From: Schmidtea polychroa
Taxonomy: Eukaryota
Direction: 5' to 3'
Assembly (NCBI GenBank): GCA_044892525.1
Contig: CM097886.1
Span: forward strand, 77,996,001 to 78,060,000
DNA length: 64,000 nt
Numbering within the stretch: the stretch's first letter is position 1; each line of letters begins with the position of its first letter. Positions 1 through 13,400 of the stretch are shown here, in pieces. The notes under the pieces are model-generated. The model saw nothing but the letters and a program-made list of their open reading frames with translations, was not told where the DNA came from and did not search any database. The translations under genes were made by a program, and so were the position numbers.

Positions 1-2347
1 AAGTTTTTCCAAAATATTACATTTTTGTATTTTAAATTTGTATTTTACCTTATTATCAATGCTGCAAGTTGATTATTTTTTGATTATTTTTCTACAAAGA
101 AATAAACTTTTTAATAGATTTTATTAAATAATTTTAATAGTGAAGCTGGACATAGACAACAATTTCTAAGCAAAATTTTTAGGTACATTAAATATAAAAT
201 ATGAGCACTAACACTTTTGTTTATTTGAAGTATGATAGCTATAGGTTACTTTATAAGTTACTTTATTAATTACAGGAGATGGAGTTTGGTTTCAGTGCCC
301 TGGCTGCAGGAACGTGAGTTGTTAGTTAAGTGCTCTGTATTAATCTTTTAATACTTGTCTAAAATCTACATTTCAAATGATTGAATTATTTATCTTTTTA
401 AATTTATTATTGTAATTAAATCGGTGCTACACTCTGGAGGGGATGCAAATAATCTTGGTCCATGTCATTCAGTAGTATAAATAATTTTAAATACAACACG
501 CTTTGAAAGATTTGTATTATTTTACATGTTAAATTACTATAATATTAAGGATCATAAATATTGATTTTAAATAAAAATAGTTTACCACGTTCATTAATAT
601 AAAAACTGTATATAATATAAAAAATAATTAAAAAATTATAAACTCAAACTGTGTTGAAAATTCATTAGCAGCTACATTCACGTTACGCCAATATATGACG
701 CATAATTTATGACAAATTACTATTTACAGATTATGAATTGACAAAATTTTGTGTTTTTTGCAATTTTTTCAAAATAAAATTATTTTTATTTATTTTCAAC
801 TTAAATTGGCTGTTTCATTATTATTCGCCACATATTTTCATTTTGTTTATGCCTTTTGGGAAAAATTTGCAAATATTCACAAAATTGTATTTCTATTTTT
901 TATAATAAATTTTAGTTTTTTTCTAAATTTTTATATTATAATCTAAATGAACTTTTTGGTATTCAATAATCGCCTAAATGAAATTCGTCTTTATTATTTA
1001 TGTTTATTTTCTCGACATCTCTCGAGTAGTTAGTAGTAGGATTCAGTAGAGCTTTTGGCATTAAATTTTAAATTTTAAAATTTAAATGTTATTATTCCAT
1101 ACAATATTTCTACAAGTATATTTTATTATATGTTTTTGCATGTTGAATATGAAACAAAACAACTGAATTATTAGTTATATTTGTTTGAATGCGAAACGAA
1201 TTTTGAATTTTCACCTTTGTGTTTTTCTTTCAATTTATACGCTATAATAGCGTCGCTATTAGAGAAGTTTTTCGAATGTATTTAATATTTGAGGGCCCAG
1301 TGCGATTCCACATCTTGCACTTGTAATAGTATAGCACTGTTTTAAACACAGGTTATAAAAAGAAATAAAAATGATATTAGTTGACCTCAAGACGGTTGTG
1401 ATGTCAGAACTTCAAGTGCATATTCCAATGAAACTATTTCTGGTTTCTATTTTCATTTCTGTCAAAGTGTATTAAGTAAAATATATGAAGTTAGGTTGAA
1501 ACAGGCCTATGAAACTAACGCAATCATTTATATGCTCTTATCACTGAACCTTTTGGTGGTACTTACAGATGGCATCGGTGAAGTATGCGAGCGAATTTAG
1601 GAGTTTTTGTCATATTTCGAATATTCTTCTATTCGTAGACGACAAAGCGCTGGACCAACTACTCTCTATAGACTGATATTTTCTCTATCCAAAGTTGGAA
1701 TGACCATTCTAGGATAACTGTAAATGATACTTGTTTGAAATGATATCATTGCATATTGAATGTGTATGTCTGAATGTCTAAGGTGTAATATTGCATTATT
1801 GACGCATGTGTGTATCTTGCTCAAGATACTTACAATATAATTATTTCCTACGATGGGATAATCAGTTTTTGATATTTAATAAATTATATGTCTCCAAAGT
1901 CTTCTAATATGGTGACCATGCCAGGACCCACGAGAAATAACCCTTTAAATGCTCTTATTCCAACGCCGAAAATCTTTAGCATTTGTGACAGCCTGGAAAT
2001 TTTCTTAGAAGAAATTAGAAGATTTTATGATTTAACTCAAACTCAATTCAATTACAAAAATCGTTTATAAGAGCATTCATGTCAACGGAAGCGGCTAAAT
2101 TATATGAACGAGTCAATGAAGAAATTGACAGTTGTAAAGAATAAGAATAATTGATAAATTCCAAATTGTGGTACTATTTATAGTACCCGGTGTGTCGACA
2201 CCAACACAATCAGCAATAGCTTTTTGGGAAATAATTATCAGTGATATAATTTGAGGACCTAGACAATCAAAAAAAGTAAATCACACGTGCAGCATTTCAT
2301 AATATAGGGTAAAGGTTAGGGAAATCAAATATCCCATTATAATTACA

Positions 2348-5250
2348 TCACATCCCCTTCGTTTTAAATGGCTTTAGCCATTCCACATTTCTAGTAATAC
2401 ATTTATTATCAGCATTCCTTAATAAATAACTATTTTTATTATATTTTCTCATTATTTCAAAAGGTCCACAATACCTGTTATCTTGCTTGTTTCTGTTATA
2501 TTCCTTGACAAGTACCAATTTACTAACTCTGAAAGATCTATGTATTTGATTTTCTTGATTATAATTATTTATACGGTTCAATGATTTAATTTTCAATGCT
2601 ATTTCATGCTTCTTTGATTCTTTAGTATCAATTTCTGGACCATCAGTAAAACCCTCTTTGCAAAATTTCCTTCCATATATTACTTCAACAGGACTAACTT
2701 TTATACTTGACTGCACGGTTGAATTCATTGCAAATTCTATATGAGGCAATGCTTCTTCCCATGTCTTAAATTGTTTCTCTTCCAGACAGCATGAAATCCA
2801 GTCTCTTAGCGTTCTAAATTGTCTTTCAATTTGTCCATTAGATTGATGATGATAAGGGCTTGAATAAACTATTTTCCAGTGATACTTTACTGCCATATTT
2901 TTAGAAACTTGGGATTCGAAACATTTTCCTTTATCAACATGAATTTCCTTTGGCGGTCCAAACTTCAATATTCACGAACTTTTCACGTTATCAATTAATG
3001 TCTTTTCTTCTTGTGTTCTTACAGCTTTTAATACTATATATTTACTAAAATGATCTATTATAGCCATCACATACCTTTTGCCAGATGGTGTCATTTTAAA
3101 GGGGCCACAAAAATCAATATATATTTTTTCAAATGGTTTATGCGCAATTAATTTTTCAATAACTTCTTTTGTTTTCCCAGTGAATGCTTTACGTTTCTGG
3201 CAAATTTCACAAGTTGTGATAATTCTCTTGATACTTTTATCCATTTCTTGGAAATTGAAATAATTCTTTATGTAATTTTTAGTTTTGTTGATTCCTGCAT
3301 GACACAATTCTTTATGGATTTCTAGAATAAAATCGTTTTTCATATATGAAGGAATATATATTTTATTATTATGAGTCATAATAATTCCATTGTCCACATA
3401 ATAATCTTTAGTTTTGCCGTTCTGGATATTTTCTTTTATTTTCATTATTTCTTCAGAATTATTTTGCCATTTAAATTTTTGATCTTCTATTGACATTGCT
3501 AAAATTTTAGTTTTAATTTTTTCTGCTTTAGCATCAATATGATTCATCTGACATTGTGTGCAATTTCCTATATTCAGTCGTGATAGTGCGTCGGCATTAA
3601 TGTGTTTCTCACCTTTGCGATATTCTAATTTCAAGTCCAAACTACTTAAAAAATTTATCCAATTTTGAAACTGAGCGGTAATTGTTATTTAGTAGTTAAC
3701 ATAAATGTGATTGCCTTATGATCAGTTCTTAAAATAAATTTTTTCCCGTAGAGATAATGTTTAAAATGCTGTGTAAAATGGAAAACAGATAATAATTCCT
3801 TTCTTGTTATAGAGTAACCAATTTCATGTTTATTCATACTTTTTGACTCATATGCGATTATCTTTTCTTCATTATCGTCATCTCTTTGCGATAAAACAAC
3901 GCCAATACAATCAAAACTAGCATCGGTATCTAAAATGAACGTTTTATTAAAATCCGGATGTCATAGTAATGGTGCACTGATCAAACTATGTTTTAGCTCG
4001 CCAAAAGCTTTTTCACATTGTGATGTCCAAATAATACTTTTGTTTTTACCTCCAATCAAAGATTCCAATGGACTAGCTATTTTTGAGTAGTTTTGAATAA
4101 ATTTTCTATAGTAATTACACAATCCTAAAAAACTCCTAAGATATTTCCCACAATTAGGCTGCTTTACATTTTTAATTGTATCAATCTTAGAATTATCTGT
4201 TTTGATACCTTTTTCATTTATTATATGTCCAAGAAACTTTAATTCAGATAATAAGAACTTGCATTTCTCAGGGTTAATTTTTAGTCCTGATTTCCTAATT
4301 CTAAGGAAAAGTTTATTTATTCTTTCTTTTTGTTCTTCAATAGTTTTCGAAAAGATTAATATGTCATCTAAATAGACTAATGCTTCATTCCACATCATAT
4401 CTCCAATTATTAATGTCATAAGTTTTTGAAACGTTGATGGTGCGGCAGCTATTCCAAAAAGCATCCTATTAAAACAAAATTAGCCCTGTCTTGTAGAAAA
4501 TGCTGTTTTCAATTTACTCTCCTCATCCAATTCAACTTGATAATAGGCATTTCCTAAGTCGATAGACGAAAAATATTTGGCCCCATACAAAGAATCAACC
4601 ATTTCATCAACATTGGGAATTGGAAAAGCTGGTCTTACTGTATTTGAATTTAAAATCCTAAAATCCAAACACATCCGAATTTCAGAAGTTCCCTTTTTGG
4701 CACACATACTATTGGTGAATTCCAAGGTGATTCGCATTTCTCTATAATTTTATTTTCCTCTGGGTTTTTAACAATTTCCTCTAGTTTTTCCTCATAATGC
4801 ATTGGTTGTCGTCGCGGCTTAATTGGTATTGGGTTGCAATTAGTTTCTATTCTGTGCTTTAAAATATCTGTTTTGCCTACATCCCATTTATTATACATAA
4901 AAATATCTGAGAATTCAACAACTATTTCATATATCGGATTGCATTTTTCTATTTTCAATATTTCATTCATAAATTTATTATTATTTATTTTTAAATTATT
5001 ACCAAATTTTGCTTGCAAACTGAGGACATTTTCATTACAAAATTCAACAAACTTAATATTTAAAGAATTCAATATATCTATTCCTACAATTACTTCTGGG
5101 TATATTTCCTCAGCAACGAAAAATTCTCCAGTTATTTCTTCATTGTTAAACTCTAAACTTAGAGAAACTTTTCCTAAAATCCATAACATACTACCGTTTG
5201 CGCATGATATCTTTCTATTTCCTTCATTGGTAGATTGGCATAAAATTTCT
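2348..5250 (-). mobile_element. pol: Degraded Ty3/gypsy LTR retrotransposon pol region (PR-RT-RH-INT), frameshifted
   Basis: Minus-strand ORF pieces: protease-like SCANGSMLWILG (4650-5189), RT RMCLDFRILN/YYQVEL/MLFGIAAAPSTFQ/YLDD (3961-4737), RNase H end HINADALSR and INT zinc finger H..H..C..C (2972-3640), INT core SSPYHHQSNGQIER and GPF motif (2348-2968). Purine tract AAAACGAAGGGGA then TG at about 2352 suggests the 3' LTR start. Confidence 0.93.
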
Positions 5251-5251
5251 T

Positions 5252-5830
5252 AAGTCAAGATTTATCGAAAGAGAAATTAACTGACTTTTTATTGCAAAAT
5301 GCAATAGAAGATAAAGAAATAAAAAGAGAAATCAAAATGAGAAATATTTCTAATGTAAATGAGATTATATGAGATCATTATGAAGATAGAAGAGCTTAAT
5401 AAAGAAATGAAAAATGTAGAGATTGCGACTATGAAATTATTCAAAAGAAGTTATGCAAATGTGATCCAAAATCTGATCTATTTTCTAGCTCAACAATATC
5501 GACAATCACAACTACAACAACAACAAAGATTTAGAGAAAACAGCCTACAACGCAGAAAACCATTTAGAAATACTAATATAATTTTAGATCAAAAAAGTTT
5601 GCCTCGTTGACCATCAATGCACACATCGCAAAACAGATTGGATTTTTTATATTCATTTGATCAGTCAAATCGAAATATGAACAACCACGATCAAAACAAT
5701 GTTTAGGAATTAGGACATATAAATGCTTTATTTCTGAACATAAAATGCTCTTATTGCAAGAAGGTAGGCCATTTCAAATTCCAATGCTCCGATTTAAGAG
5801 GAACTCAAAGCTACAGATATCATGATAGAA
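5252..5830 (+). pseudogene. gag: Retrotransposon gag fragment with CCHC zinc knuckle, opposite orientation to the adjacent pol
   Basis: Plus strand encodes KCSYCKKVGHFKFQC (about 5742-5790) preceded by a gag-like helical region (FLLQNAIEDKEIKREIKMRNI), broken by frameshifts. Confidence 0.7.
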
Positions 5831-7009
5831 AATTATTTTATAAATACAATGCCAATTTCCAAGCTGTCACTTTGGTCATTTATGTGAATGATGGCGGCAG
5901 CACAACAACGATAAGTGGAAGAATTTTTGTTGGATTCCAACATTTTTAAAATATTTTTCCAATCTGAACAAACACGCTTTCCAGAAAAAGAATTTCTTCC
6001 GTTAAACAAAAACCAAGGAATGCAAAGAATGCAAGGGCGTTAACGACTCTGAATTTGTTACCATCAGATCAATCGTAAATGACCGCTAATAAAAATTTTA
6101 AAATTCATTATTTTTAATACACACGAAAACCGACAAATTTATTATTTTAATAAATTTTTAACATTATTTATTCTTATTTCTTTAATATTTTATAATTTTT
6201 CTATATTTTTACTTTCTTCTATTTGAACTAAAATTATTTGGAATTGGAATTCTTTATAATTTTAAATTTGAAAATGAAAATGTGATTTATTATTATTTTG
6301 GAAAAATATTTTTATAGAAATGATAACATGTTATAACTGTGATTCAAACGAAAATAAGAGTGCATGTAACAATGATTTTATGTGGAATAAAGAAGTGAAT
6401 GATTCCTTGCCAACAGTTAGTTGCTGGAAAGGAGGGTGCGTAAAGTGGACTTATATGAATAATGGTAAATTCATCATTTTTAAACATTTCTGATATATAC
6501 AGTATTTCATAATTTATTTTCATTAATATAAACAAGGTTTGTTAAATGAAAATTGGAAATCTGATTACCTGTTTCAAAAACCACAATTAGTTTTCTTTTC
6601 TACAACCGATAATCGATTTCGCAAAAAACAATATAAAAAACGTTAATATTATGTCTATTTAAATCTCTAAGTAGAAAGTAAACAACTTGTTATGCTTGTT
6701 TTGCTTGTAGTTATGTTACAATAAATAACAATCATTAAATAAAGATTTTTTATTAGTTTGTCATAAATTTACATTTATTTTTATGGAAATTTTAAATGTT
6801 ATTTATGTAAAATTATAGTAAAAGTTTCTCATCAACTGTTATAAGATTCTGTAAGATTCAGTTCCATATGTTTTATAAATGGAAAGGTTATAATTATAGG
6901 CTTTCCATCGATTTCCATACATTTCTAGGTTAAGGAACCTTAAGACGAAGGGAAATTGTGGTCCCACTAAGCCTTTGGAGACCTCTAGTGCGTATCCACC
7001 AGCTGTCAG

Positions 7010-7290
7010 GTCGATATTGAACGATTCCTAAGTACTTTTTCTCAATTTTTCTTTATTCTTATCATTTGTCAAGGATGTAGTACGCCCTTCTCTTTCTTCA
7101 TCATTCACACTTTGACGTCTCTTAAATTCTGCAATCCAGAATTTAATTTTTGACTTTGAGGGATATTTATCTCAATCGGTTGTGTCAAATTTTCAATAAT
7201 TTCCTGGCTGTTTTGACCAAGAAAGCAAACCCGAATGATACTTCGATACTACATTTTATGCACAACTTCCACTTGCATTGACATAATTGT
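7010..7290 (-). pseudogene. Mariner-like transposase N-terminal HTH remnant
   Basis: Minus-strand translation with frameshifts gives SIIRVCFLGQNSQEIIE...WIAEFKRRQSVNDEE, resembling mariner HTH regions. Confidence 0.4.
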
Positions 7291-7523
7291 GTGTTGCACC
7301 TAAAAATAAAAAGTAAAAATCAATAATATATTATTACCCAAACATTCAATAAATTATCTATAAAAATGATGACAAAAAAGTTTAAAAAGTCAATTTCTAA
7401 CTGGGGTAGATAGTAAACATGAACTCTACTCGATATCTACATAGCTATCATATTTCCCTATTCAATAACTTTTAAAAAGAGTTTGAAATGGCAGATTTTC
7501 TACCGGAATGGTAGGTAGATATT

Positions 7524-9138
7524 CAAGGGATAGCCATATTTTTCCGTACACATAAAAAATGTTTAAAAATAAAACTTCCATAAGTTTTTATTTTATAATT
7601 TTATCTCTGAAATTCTAAACTTAATCTACCCACACAATGAGGCAAACACATTTATTAATCAAATACGATACAATAATGCATATTAATGTAAAATCAAAAT
7701 TTTCCGTACATTTAATAGTTTATGCGTTTTCCTCCTTTAACAATTACTCAAACCAGTCTAGAGGGCATGGATTTATATAAATTCTTGACTACTTCTCTAT
7801 TTTCTTCATTAAATTCATGTACGGCGCATCTGATGCGATCATTTAACTCCATAATTGATTTAATGGTTGGGCCTTGATACACCTTAACCGATAAAAGATA
7901 CCAAATATTTTCGATTGAGTTTAAATCAGGACTGTACGGTGGCCATGACAAACAATTGATATTTTTACTTTGGATAAATTTTATAGACTCTTTAGACCAG
8001 GGGTGGGGAACCTTTTTATTTCCATAGGCCACATTGAAATTTGTCGCCTTCAAATGAGGCCTCAGTCAAAAAGTATTTCGTTTATATTTCGTTCTTTGTA
8101 CTCGGCGGGATGCTTGTACAGTACGGTATATATACAATTCAGTAGTTACAAGCATTTTTATTTGTAAATCCTCAAAATTCATGGTTTTTATATAAATTAA
8201 GATTTATTTTGATAAGGCTCCGGAGGCCGCAGGTTCCCCACCCCTGCTTTAGACACATGGATTGGGGCGTTGTCTTGTTGAAAATTCATTTCATTTTCAA
8301 AATTAAGTTTAATTAATGGAATTGCAAAATTTTTAAAAATTTCTATATATTTCAATGATGATTGACGACCTTTCATGATTTAATAAGACACTAATCCGTT
8401 TGCAAAGACCATACCCCAAACCGTAAGACCAGGAGATTTTAATACTTTCTTTATTCTTTTTGGAGATCTTCCGTTTTCTATCCAACAATTATAACTATCA
8501 CTACCATTCAAGGTAAATATCTTTTCGTCTGAAAATACGACATTATGCCAGTTAATTCCATTTATTAACCATTGCTTGCATTGATTGACTCTCTTTTCTT
8601 TGACCTTTTTATTTAGATAACATTTTCTTTGTATATTTGTATCTTAAAGTACCTCAAAGTTCTATGAATTGTTGATAAAGAGGCCAGAATATTTAATTTC
8701 TGCTTTAAATCTCGAGCAGTGCATTTTTCATTTAACTTAGAAGAGTGTTATAACTCTGTTTTCATATGCCTTACTTCACTTTTTTGAAATTTTTGGCTTT
8801 GGTCCTCTTCTCCTTTTTAATTTTGTCCAATTTCGGATAATATATTGTACGGATGATCGTAAGATAATAAAATCAAAAATATATAATATGTATAAAACTA
8901 TTAACCATTTATATGCTAACCATATAACCATATATATGCTAAAGTTGAATCTGTATGGAAAAATATGATTTTATTAAGAGTAAATTTATGAAATTAAAAA
9001 AACCTACTTAACTTTATACTAAAATTGTACATTAAAACAAACACACTAATACCATGTTGGTCAATTAAATAACAACACTTTTATTTATTACAACGGATTT
9101 AAATAAATCTAGTGTACAGAAAAATTTGATTACCCCTG
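7524..9138 (-). mobile_element. Tc1-family DNA transposon, degraded, interrupted by a hAT MITE
   Basis: Catalytic motifs FSDEK, QQDNAPIH, WPPYSPDLNSIEN on the minus strand. Right TIR revcomp CAGGGGTAATCAAATTTTTCTGTACAC ends at 9138 followed by TA. Similar motifs at about 7524-7551, 7688-7711 and 8950-8965. The left end is degenerate. Confidence 0.85.
7998..8246. mobile_element. hAT (Buster/Charlie-type) MITE, 249 bp
   Basis: 16-bp perfect TIR CAGGGGTGGGGAACCT; perfect 8-bp TSD CTTTAGAC (7990-7997, 8247-8254) with central TA; splits the Tc1 transposase. Confidence 0.95.
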
Positions 9139-9164
9139 TATCTCTCTGCAACATAACAATCCGA

Positions 9165-9683
9165 TGTACCCCCCTCTCCCTCTCCCTCTCCCTCCCCTCT
9201 GCAGAAGGGTAATCGGCTTTTTGGCTAAAAATATTTTTTGATTTGCAGTGAATAATATTACATGTCCATATCAGTATGAATGCTGCCGAGATTATAAGAA
9301 GAAAGAAATATTTTACTGGCTAAATTAGGATTGTCTTATTATAAAAAAATATGTGATGAATTTGTAATGCATTTTTGTATTGTTTTCTTTTATTGTATCT
9401 TTTTATGTGTTTGTTAGTACTTAGTTGTCTAGTACAAAAATCCTGGGATCAAAAATACTCCCTGACTATAGTATTTCACATTAACAAAAAACCAATTGGC
9501 CCTCTGCACTGTAGTTTATTCTGCCCTGAAAAAATTATAGCCTAAAATACCCCCTGACTATAGTTCTTCACATTAACAAAAAACCAATGGGTCTGTTGCA
9601 CCGTATTTCATTTTGATCTGAAAAATCTTTAGCTAAAAAACATATTACCCTTCTGCAGCAGGGGAGAGAGAAGGCTGGGTACA
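9165..9683. mobile_element. MITE-like element with imperfect terminal inverted repeats
   Basis: 15-bp perfect inverted core CTGCAGAAGGGTAAT (9199-9213 / 9644-9658) inside longer imperfect arms; internal ~47-bp direct repeat at about 9452 and 9543. No TSD confirmed. Confidence 0.6.
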
Positions 9684-10425
9684 CCAGATGCACATGCGCG
9701 AAGAGTCAATATCTACCTACTCGGACTCACTTAATTAACACTTTTCGTTTCCTTTTGAAAAATATTGCACAATAACTCTCAGCTCAATGTTGAAAAATAA
9801 ATACATCTCAAGGTCTTTGGATCAATTTTATAGCATTTAAATCTTTCAAGAAGTTTAAAATACATCCTCGCTTTTTGCAGTGATAAATTAGAGGTCTCTA
9901 GATCGTCAAGGTCGTTTTCATTTCAAACCCTAACCACTTACCTCATTATTGTCCATTGAAATAATGTTCAAATATAGCATCTCAAATTATATTATCAAGT
10001 CAAAAGATATTTTCTTTAAGGGCTTTGGTTCAGGCAATAAAATTCAAGTTTAATCTAAAAAATTAATTTGAAAGCTATTAATTTAATTAATAATTTAGAG
10101 AAACAAGTAATAAAAAAAACATGCTCTTTACTTATGGATCTCAAAATGTCATTGGTGGATGCATGTTTTTCAAATAGACACGAAAAAGCTCTTTTATGTA
10201 TATGTTCTGGTAGTTATTGCAATTCACATCCTGTAATTACAACTTCTTCTTTATTATATATAATAATAATTTTTAAAATATTTATCACATATGAATACAT
10301 GTAATAAAGGTATTGTTTTGTATCTATACTTTTTTAATAAAAATTTTGTTTGTCAGTATTAAGTTAATTATATTATTTTCCTATATGATTTAAACAATTA
10401 TAAATTTGGCATAGTCAAAAAAGTA

Positions 10426-10482
10426 ATAGCAGGCCTCAATAAATTATATTATATTATAATATCATTTATTGAGGCCTGCTAT
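10426..10482. repeat. Perfect 19-bp inverted repeat with 19-nt AT spacer
   Basis: ATAGCAGGCCTCAATAAAT (10426-10444) and its exact reverse complement (10464-10482). Confidence 0.9.
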
Positions 10483-13400
10483 AGCAATTATAATAATTTT
10501 GCAATAAATATATCAATATTATTTCCACTTGTAGAGGAGAATTTTTATTTTTCCATGGAAATTAGATTCCAAAGTTATTCCAAATGTTATATTTGTGAAA
10601 TTATTTACAGCAAACTTTCCATGAGTACAATTATTCCTAGGGTTACCACTTTTTTCTCGATCGATATACGAACACTCAAACCAATTAAAAAAAAATAATA
10701 ATTTTAAAAAAAATCAATTTTATAATAAGTGTATCTATAATATTTATTTAAATATTAATATTAATAAATGTATAAAACGAAAAAATGAAAAAAAATTAAA
10801 ATTAGCACTTTATTTCATAATATATGAAATAAATACATCAGTCATTATGAAAGAATTATCACTTCATCAACATATTTTTAAGCTAAATTAATTTTTTTTT
10901 ATTTTTTTACATGGAATTTAATTAATTGATACAATAACCGAACATTTTAACGTTCGGTCTGGGTGCCAAACGAACAACGAACAATTCATTTGATTACCGA
11001 ACTGTTTGTGCGAAAACCGAACGGGTGGTTTTTCCGTATAGACTTTAAAGGATTTTTCACGAGTTTTGGAGTTATCATAATGATATACTTAAAATTTTTT
11101 ATATTTTTTCAGTTTTTTTATAATTTTCCGTATATAAAGAATGAAGGAAAATTATTTTCAAATAAATCAATATAACGATTATAGCATAAAAATATTTTAC
11201 CGACATATTGCTGTTATGTCCGTAAATATACGTTTTCTAAGGAATGAATGAAGTTTGCTACTCCAATAAATATAATTAAATATACACTTATTCCATGTTA
11301 TGTCGGTATTTTTACGTACGAAACTAGTCCAATGTGCTACTTCTGTATATTTACTTTTACAGGTTTCCTAACGGCACTCTCTCTTTCTTTAACTTCACAT
11401 CGAAAGGGTTAAGCACATAAAATTCTAATACACTTTAGTTTTCAGTATTTCTCATATACAGACTTTTTGAAAAATTTTCTTATGGTGCAATTTTTATATA
11501 ATTTGTTGGTTCTTAATTACCAATTAAATATTTCATTGATTCATCATCAACTTTCATTTTTATCCAATAAACATCATTGATAACATTGTTGGCGCTACTC
11601 AAAAATGCGTAAAACAAAATTAATTAAAAACTAATTAAATATTAAAAAAAGTAAAAATTGATATTTTTCGGAGGACAAGTGGTAAATGGGGACAAATGTA
11701 AAACTGTAGACGGATAAAATAATAATTAAATGATTAGAGGTCTTTATGAGGGTCTAAAAAGGTAAAACACATTAATTTATTTATTTTAAAATATTCATAA
11801 GACAGTGGAAATTCTCAAAGGCTGTAAACTTAAATAGTTAATAAATCGAATGGAAGAAGCTATCACAATGTTCATATAGTTATTTCAATAAACGGGATGA
11901 CAACTACCATAAGTAACAAAATCTAAAATTCTTAGTTGGTCAAGCGAGAAAATTTAAATTAAAAATATTTTACTAAGCTGGAGAGGAAAATTCAGTGACA
12001 CATTGAAAGCGATTTATTCGAATAAAGTTATCTAAGCCAGATTTGTATTTGATATTTTAGTGATATCCATTGGGTGTCTAACTCGAAATTGTTAATTATT
12101 GATTTTTCAAAGTGTATTCAATTTTGTTTAAATAAAAGCTATTTTTTGGGATTCGGTCATTAATTTTGGCTGAACATGAAGAGCCAGATCGAGATAGAAT
12201 TCCTTTGCAACATTATTAATTTAATTCTTACCACTATTTTACTCTGAACGTCAGTAATTTTAAGTTTCATTAGTTAATATATCATATCATATTTGGCTTT
12301 ATTTTAATAATTTTCATGACCAGTTATTATTATTTTAATTTTTGTATTAATTTGAAATATTTTTTTTAATTCTTAATTTTTTTTAATTCATTATTTTATT
12401 AGTATTATTGGGGGGTAATAAACATTTTACTCCATCAGGTTCCCAACGCAACTCACGATACCACCGATACTCAATGATTGAATGTGTCAAAAAGGGGAGT
12501 ACTCATGAAAAATGAGTGCATCTCAGTGCACTACAATCAACAAGTATTCGAACGAGTTCGCGGATTACCGATAGAATATATATTTTCGTCTTAATTTTAG
12601 GTCCCAAAATAATTAACACCTTCCCTAAAATTGAAGAACCTATGATTTCCAATACATTAATGATATTTTTTATTATTACACTAAGCAACATTCGAATTCT
12701 ATTGTATTCGAAATGTCAAATTTAACTCTTGAACGCTCTTACATTCAACTGGGACTTCTCCACTTGTCTGGATTATGAGTATTATCGAAACTTTGGTAAT
12801 CGTGAAAACGTCATTTTATATGTATTGGAAGTAAGGAATTATTATTTATGTTATGTTATTTCGTAGTATGATTAAAGTGTTTGCTATTAGTTTTTGATTC
12901 TTTTGTTTTTCGGAAACGAGATTATTTTCAATGTGTAGAATCCACAATGTGTAAAAAAGCACGACAATAATTTTTCGGCGCCCAGTAACCAACATAAAAT
13001 ACAAGTAAGTAAAATGATTTATACCACGACTTATGCAGAGTGAAGTAGTTCATCTACACTGTAACTCCTTGCACTCACTGTGGGTGATGGCAAGTGAAGG
13101 GTTGGATGCTCTAACGCTCCGTGCTATGTTCACGAAAGGTAAGACTAGTAACCACCTAACCTCAACGGGCAGGACTTTAATCAGATAAAAAGATCGGGAA
13201 TTGTCACTAGTGTTCAGTGGGCCAAGTGGTGCATGCAAGTTTTATTAAATACAACTTATAATGTATTCATCAACTCATATACTTAAGATCAACATTAAAA
13301 GTTGATTAATTTTGTAATTAGAGCAAAGAGCTTGACTCTTCTAATGTCCAATGGGCTATGGGTAGCAAGCAGTTATTGGGGCACCACTAGGTCGACACAA

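Noticed and set aside
140-470. Possible small exons of a host gene (for example GDGVWFQCPGCRN between AG and GT sites)
   Set aside because: Splice-like signals are present, but no consistent frame or recognisable protein could be assembled; the gene would be cut by the window edge.
705-717. Recurrent TTTATGACAA motif (also near 6760 minus, 15332, 31232 minus; related CATGACAAA twice near 32421) as a promoter element
   Set aside because: About one copy is expected by chance at this AT content, and its positions are not consistently tied to gene starts.
749-946. Short hydrophobic F/I/L-rich ORFs (also 16905, 35009, 39699, 62449)
   Set aside because: Expected from T-rich non-coding or LTR sequence.
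6344-6700. Possible spliced host gene on the minus strand (FTIIHISPLYAPSF)
   Set aside because: Too short and no confident family match.
11395-11412. piggyBac-like end (GAAAGGG followed by TTAA)
   Set aside because: No partner end or transposase sequence found.
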